In this document: in pieces, positions 56,801 through 64,000 of the stretch
How positions within the stretch are numbered: position 1 is the stretch's first letter
How the letters are laid out: every line of letters begins with the position of its first letter
The notes under the pieces: generated by a model
Told to the model about the DNA's origin: nothing
The model's input: the letters and a program-made list of their open reading frames with translations, nothing else
The model's database searches: none
Made by a program: the position numbers and the translations under genes
Source of the DNA: Balanoglossus misakiensis
Taxonomy: Eukaryota > Animalia > Hemichordata
DNA length: 64,000 bases
Assembly: GCA_040954595.2 (NCBI GenBank)
Contig: CM082580.2
Span: 1,292,783 to 1,356,782 of the forward strand
Direction of reading: 5' to 3'

Positions 56801-59800
56801 AACAGCCTCGTTTATTTACCGATTTCTGTTGTGAGGCGCAGAACACATGATAGGCCTATGCGCATAAGACATTTTTTCCACTAGACTCTGTAGATCGACG
56901 GATAGTTCTAAAATTTCCATGGTTGCTTCCAAACAGCCTCGTTTATTTACCGAATTCTGTTGTGAGGCGCAGAGCACGCAATAGGCCTATGCGCATAAGA
57001 AAGTTTTCCACCAGACTCCGTAGATCGACGGATAGTTGTAAAAGTTCCATGGTTGTTTCCAAACACAGCCTCGTTCATTTACAAAATTCTGTTGTGATGC
57101 GCTGAACACATACATATGCCTATGCGCATAAGAAAGTTTCCCACTAGACTCTGTAGATCGACGGATAGTTCTAAAATTTCCATGATTTCTTCCAAACACA
57201 TCCTCGATTGTTTACAAAATTCTGTTGTGATGCGCAGAACACATAGATAGGCCTGTGCGCATATGAACGTTTTCCACTATACACTGTAGATCCAGAGATA
57301 GTTCTAAAACTTCCATGTTTGCTTCCAAACAGCCTCGTTTATTTGCGGAATTCTGTTTTGAGGCGCAGAACACATAGATAGGCATATGTGAATAAGAAAG
57401 TTTTCCACTATAGACTCTGTAGATCGAGAGATAGTTCTAAAATTTCCATGGTTGCTTTTAAACAGCCTCGTTTATTTACCGATTTCTGTTGTGAGGCGCA
57501 GAACACATAGATAGGCCTATGCGCATAAAAAACTTTTCAACTTTAGATCAACGGATAGTTCAAAAATTTCCATGGTTGTTTCCAAACAGCCTCGTTTATT
57601 TACCGAATTCTGTTGTGATGCGTAGAACACATACATATGCCTATGCGCATAAGAAAGTTTTCCACTTGACTCCGTAGATCGACGAATAGTTCTAAAATGT
57701 CCATGGTTGCTTCCAAACAGCCTCGTTTATTGACGGAATTCTGTTTTGAGGCGCAGAACACATAGATAGGCATATGTGCATAAGAAAGTTTTCCACTATA
57801 GACTCTGTACATCGAGAGATAGTTCTAAAATTTCCATGGTTGCTTCCAAACACAGCCTCGTTTGTTTACAAAATTCTGTTGTGATGCGCAGAACACATAT
57901 ATAGGCCTATGCGCATAAGAACGTTTTCCACTAGACTCTGTAGATCGACGGATAGTTCTAAAATTTCCATGGTTGCTTCCAAACAGCCTCGTTTATTTAC
58001 CGAATTCTGTTGTGAGGCACAGAACACATTGATAGGCCTATGTGCATAAGAAAGTTTTCCACTATAGACTCTGTAGATCGAGAGATAGTTCTAAAATGTC
58101 CATGGTTGCTTCCAAACACAGCCTCGTTTGTTTACAAAATTCTGTTGTGATGCGCAGAACACATATATAGGCCTATGCGCATAATAACGTTTTCCACTAG
58201 ACTCTGTAGATCGACGGATAGTTGTAAAATTTCCATGGTTGCTTCCAAACAGCCTCGTTTATTTACCGAATTCTGTTGTGAGGCGCAGAACACATAGATA
58301 GGCATATGTGCATAAGAAAGTTTTCCACTATAGACTCTGTAGATCGAGAGATAGTTCTAAAATGTCCATGGTTGCTACCAAACACAGCCTCGTTTGTTTA
58401 CAAAATTCTGTTGTGATGCGCAGAACACATATATAGGCCTATGCGCATAAGAACGTTTCCACTAGACTCTGTAGATCGACGGATAGCTGTAAAATTTCCA
58501 TGGTTGCTTCCAAACAGCCTCGTTTATTTACCGATTTCTGTTGTGAGGCGCAGAACACATGATAGGCCTATGCGCATGAGACATTTTTCCACTAGACTCT
58601 GTAGATCGACGGATAGCTGTAAAATTTCCCTGGTTGCTTCCAAACAGCCTCGTTTATTTACCGATTTCTGTTGTGAGGCGCAGAACACATGATAGGCCTA
58701 TGCGCATGAGACATTTTTCCACTAGACTCTGTAGATCGACGGATAGTTGTAAAATTTCCATGGTTGCTTCCAAACAGCCTCGTTTATTTACCGAATTCTG
58801 TTGTGAGGCGCAGAACACGTAATAGGTCTATGCGCATAAGGAAGTTTTCCACCAGACTCTGTAGATCGACGGATAGTTGTAAAATTTCATGGTTGCTTCC
58901 AAATACAGCCTCGTTTATTTACCGATTTCTGTTGTGAAGCGCATAACACATAGATAGGCCTATGCGCATAAGAACGTTTTCCACTAGACTCTTTAGATCG
59001 ACGGATAGTTGTACAATTTCCATGGTTGCTTCCAAACAGCCTCGTTTATTTACCGATTTCTGTTGTGAGGCGCAGAACACATGATAGGCCTATGCGCATA
59101 AGAAAGTTTTCCACCAGACTCTGTAGATCGACGGATAGTTGTAAAATTTCCATGGTTGCTTCCAAACAGCCTCGTTTATTTACCGATTTCTGTTGTGATG
59201 CGCAGAACACATAGATAGGCATATGTGCATAATAAAGTTTTCCACTAGACTCTGTAGATCGAGAGATAGTTCTAAAATTTCCATGGTTGCTTCCAAACAC
59301 AGCCTCGTTTGTTTACAAAATTCTGTTGTGATGCGCAGAACACATATATAGGCCTATGCGCATAATAACGTTTTCCACTAGACTCTGTAGATCGACGGAT
59401 AGTTGTAAAATTTCCATGGTTGCTTCCAAACAGCCTCGTTTATTTACCGAATTCTGTTGTGAGGCGCAGAACACATAGATAGGCATATGTGCATAAGAAA
59501 GTTTTCCACTATAGACTCTGTAGATCGAGAGATAGTTCTAAAATGTCCATGGTTGCTTCCAAACACAGCCTCGTTTGTTTACAAAATTCTGTTGTGATGC
59601 GCAGAACACATATATAGGCCTATGCGCATAATAACGTTTTCCACTAGACTCTGTAGATCGACGGATAGCTGTAAAATTTCCATGGTTGCTTCCAAACAGC
59701 CTCGTTTATTTACCGAATTCTGTTGTGAGGCGCAGAACACATAGATAGGCATATGTGCATAAGAAAGTTTTCCACTACAGACTCTGTAGATCGAGAGATA

Positions 59801-62800
59801 GTTCTAAAATGTCCATGGTTGCTTCCAAACACAGCCTCGTTTATTTACCGATTTCTGTTGTGATGCGCATAACACATAGATAGGCCTATGCGCATAAGAA
59901 CGTTTTCCACTAGACTCTGTAGATCGACGGATAGCTGTAAAATTTCCATGGTTGCTTCCAAACAGCCTCGTTTATTTACCGATTTCTGTTGTGAGGCGCA
60001 GAACACATGATAGGCCTATGCGCATAAGAAAGTTTTCCACCAGACTCTGTAGATCGACGGATAGTTGTAAAATTTCCATGGTTGCTTCCAAACAGCCTCG
60101 TTTATTTACCGATTTCTGTTGTGATGCGCAGAACACATAGATAGGCATATGTGCATAATAAAGTTTTCCACTAGACTCTGTAGATCGAGAGATAGTTCTA
60201 AAATTTCCATGGTTGCTTCCAAACACAGCCTCGTTTGTTTACAAAATTCTGTTGTGATGCGCAGAACACATATATAGGCCTATGCGCATAATAACGTTTT
60301 CCACTAGACTCTGTAGATCGACGGATAGTTGTAAAATTTCCATGGTTGCTTCCAAACAGCCTCGTTTATTTACCGAATTCTGTTGTGAGGCGCAGAACAC
60401 ATAGATAGGCATATGTGCATAAGAAAGTTTTCCACTATAGACTCTGTAGATCGAGAGATAGTTCTAAAATGTCCATGGTTGCTACCAAACACAGCCTCGT
60501 TTGTTTACAAAATTCTGTTGTGATGCGCAGAACACATATATAGGCCTATGCGCATAAGAACGTTTCCACTAGACTCTGTAGATCGACGGATAGCTGTAAA
60601 ATTTCCATGGTTGCTTCCAAACAGCCTCGTTTATTTACCGATTTCTGTTGTGAGGCGCAGAACACATGATAGGCCTATGCGCATGAGACATTTTTCCACT
60701 AGACTCTGTAGATCGACGGATAGCTGTAAAATTTCCATGGTTGCTTCCAAACAGCCTCGTTTATTTACCGATTTCTGTTGTGAGGCGCAGAACACATGAT
60801 AGGCCTATGCGCATGAGACATTTTTCCACTAGACTCTGTAGATCGACGGATAGTTGTAAAATTTCATGGTTGCTTCCAAATACAGCCTCGTTTATTTACC
60901 GATTTCTGTTGTGATGCGCATAACACATTGATAGGCCTATGCGCATAAGAACGTTTCCACTAGACTTTGTAGATCGACGGATAGTTCTACAATGTCCATG
61001 GTTGCTTCCAAACAGCCTCGTTTATTTACCGATTTCTGTTGTGATGCGCATAACACATAGATAGGCCTATGCGCATAAGAACGTTTTCCACTAGACTCTT
61101 TAGATCGACGGATAGTTGTACAATTTCCATGGTTGCTTCCAAACAGCCTCGTTTATTTACCGATTTCTGTTGTGAGGCGCAGAACACATGATAGGCCTAT
61201 GCGCATAAGACATTTTTCCACTAGACTCTGTAGATCGACGGATAGTTCTAAAATTTCCATGGTTGCTTCCAAACAGCCTCGTTTATTTACCGAATTCTGT
61301 TGTGAGGCGCAGAGCACGTAATAGGCCTATGCGCATAAGAAAGTTTTCCACCAGACTCTGTAGATCGACGGATAGTTGTAAAATTTCCATGGTTGCTTCC
61401 AAACAGCCTCGTTTATTTACCGATTTCTGTTGTGATGCGCAGAACACATAGATAGGCATATGTGCATAATAAAGTTTTCCACTAGACTCTGTAGATCGAG
61501 AGATAGTTCTAAAATTTCCATGGTTGCTTCCAAACACAGCCTCGTTTGTTTACAAAATTCTGTTGTGATGCGCAGAACACATATATAGGCCTATGCGCAT
61601 AATAACGTTTTCCACTAGACTCTGTAGATCGACGGATAGTTGTAAAATTTCCATGGTTGCTTCCAAACAGCCTCGTTTATTTACCGAATTCTGTTGTGAG
61701 GCGCAGAACACATAGATAGGCATATGTGCATAAGAAAGTTTTCCACTATAGACTCTGTAGATCGAGAGATAGTTCTAAAATGTCCATGGTTGCTTCCAAA
61801 CACAGCCTCGTTTGTTTACAAAATTCTGTTGTGATGCGCAGAACACATATATAGGCCTATGCGCATAATAACGTTTTCCACTAGACTCTGTAGATCGACG
61901 GATAGCTGTAAAATTTCCATGGTTGCTTCCAAACAGCCTCGTTTATTTACCGAATTCTGTTGTGAGGCGCAGAACACATAGATAGGCATATGTGCATAAG
62001 AAAGTTTTCCACTACAGACTCTGTAGATCGAGAGATAGTTCTAAAATGTCCATGGTTGCTTCCAAACACAGCCTCGTTTATTTACCGATTTCTGTTGTGA
62101 TGCGCATAACACATAGATAGGCCTATGCGCATAAGAACGTTTTCCACTAGACTCTGTAGATCGACGGATAGCTGTAAAATTTCCATGGTTGCTTCCAAAC
62201 AGCCTCGTTTATTTACCGATTTCTGTTGTGAGGCGCAGAACACATGATAGGCCTATGCGCATGAGACATTTTTCCACTAGACTCTGTAGATCGACGGATA
62301 GTTGTAAAATTTCATGGTTGCTTCCAAATACAGCCTCGTTTATTTACCGATTTCTGTTGTGATGCGCATAACACATTGATAGGCCTATGCGCATAAGAAC
62401 GTTTCCACTAGACTTTGTAGATCGACGGATAGTTGTACAATGTCCATGGTTGCTTCCAAACAGCCTCGTTTATTTACCGAATTCTGTTGTGAGGCGCAGA
62501 GCACGTAATAGGCCTATGCGCATAAGAAAGTTTTCCACCAGACTCTGTAGATCGACGGATAGTTGTAAAATTTCCATGGTTGCTTCCAAACAGCCTCGTT
62601 TATTTACCGATTTCTGTTGTGATGCGCAGAACACATAGATAGGCATATGTGCATAATAAAGTTTTCCACTAGACTCTGTAGATCGAGAGATAGTTCTAAA
62701 ATTTCCATGGTTGCTTCCAAACACAGCCTCGTTTGTTTACAAAATTCTGTTGTGATGCGCAGAACACATATATAGGCCTATGCGCATAATAACGTTTTCC

Positions 62801-64000
62801 ACTAGACTCTGTAGATCGACGGATAGTTGTAAAATTTCCATGGTTGCTTCCAAATAGCCTCGTTTATTTACCGAATTCTGTTGTGAGGCGCAGAACACAT
62901 AGATAGGCATATGTGCATAATAAAGTTTTCCACTATAGACTCTGTAGATCGAGAGATAGTTCTAAAATGTCCATGGTTGCTTCCAAACACAGCCTCGTTT
63001 GTTTACAAAATTCTGTTGTGATGCGCAGAACACATATATAGGCCTATGCGCATAAGAACGTTTCCACTAGACTCTGTAGATCGACGGATAGCTGTAAAAT
63101 TTCCATGGTTGCTTCCAAACAGCCTCGTTTATTTACCGAATTCTGTTGTGAGGCGCAGAACACATAGATAGGCATATGTGCATAAGAAAGTTTTCCACTA
63201 CAGACTCTGTAGATGGAGAGATAGTTCTAAAATGTCCATGGTTGCTTCCAAACACAGCCTCGTTTACTTACCGATTTCTGTTGTGATGCGCATAACACAT
63301 AGATAGGCCTATGCGCATAAGAACGTTTTCCACTAGACTCTGTAGATCGACGGATAGTTGTACAATTTCCATGGTTGCTTCCAAACAGCATCGTTTATTT
63401 ACCGAATTCTGTTGTGAGGCGCAGAACACGTAATAGGTCTATGCGCATAACGAAGTTTTCCACCAGACTCTGTAGATCGACGGATAGTTGTAAAATTTCA
63501 TGGTTGCTTCCAAATACAGCCTCGTTTATTTACCGATTTCTGTTGTGATGCGCATAACACATAGATAGGCCTATGCGCATAAGAACGTTTTCCACTAGAC
63601 TCTGTAGATCGACGGATAGTTGTACAATTTCCATGGTTGCTTCCAAACAGCCTCGTTTATTTACCGATTTCTGTTGTGAGGCGCAGAACACATGATAGGC
63701 CTATGCGCATAAGACATTTTTCCACTAGACTCTGTAGATCGACGGATAGTTCTAAAATTTCCATGGTTGCTTCCAAACAGCCTCGTTTATTTACCGAATT
63801 CTGTTGTGAGGCGCAGAGCACGTAATAGGCCTATGCGCATAAGAAAGTTTTCCACCAGACTCCGTAGATCGACGGATAGTTGTAAAATTTCCATGGTTGT
63901 TTCCAAACACAACCTCGTTCATTTACAAAATTCTGTTGTGATGCGCTGAACACATACATATGCCTATGCGCATAAGAAAGTTTCCACTAGACTCTGTAGA
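35830..64000. repeat. Second copy of a ~27-30 kb segmental duplication of the array (paralog of ~8.2-35.8 kb), lacking the transposon
   Basis: Collinear identical ORF translations with offsets 26872 (10177-13328), 29755 (14247-17072), 30033 (24320), 28540-28541 (26670-29900) and 28671-28674 (30355-35093). Rare variants recur in the same order. Confidence 0.85.

Larger units (their letters stand above)
26406..64000. repeat. Tandem satellite array, ~131-bp monomer, right of the insertion; runs off the window end
   Basis: The same monomer resumes in phase right after the insertion (TTGCTACCAAACACAGCC) and continues without interruption or inversion to 64000. Confidence 0.98.

Noticed and set aside
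889-63949. About 180 short recurrent ORFs (MLPNSLVYLP..., MFGSNHGNF...)
   Set aside because: They are translations of the satellite. Monomer lengths vary without keeping frame, stops recur every 1-3 monomers, most ORFs start at TTG/GTG, and no domain is recognisable.
982-64000. CRISPR array or repeat-spacer system
   Set aside because: There are no unique spacers, the whole unit is repeated, and no cas genes are present.

Overview
Eukaryotic non-coding DNA, with no credible protein-coding gene. After about 980 bp of unique or repeat-fragment sequence, the window is one head-to-tail satellite array (about 982 to beyond 64000). The monomer is about 131 bp (variants 124-135 bp), roughly 465 copies, all in one orientation. 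The array has nested higher-order structure: a 266-bp dimer, a ~397-bp trimer, local duplications of 0.9-4.2 kb and a ~27-30 kb mega-duplication. It is interrupted once, by a 1486-bp non-autonomous DNA transposon (24920-26405). The element has perfect 32-bp CATG-ended TIRs and a 7-bp TSD (P/Galileo-like; a 9-bp reading is also possible), and empty paralogous sites exist at 23065 and 54946. It carries an internal 224-bp-period duplication and a perfect 19-bp inverted repeat with THAP-site-like GGGCAA cores. The layout suggests the edge of a (peri)centromeric satellite, possibly in a marine invertebrate (inference). The listed ORFs are translation artefacts of the repeat.
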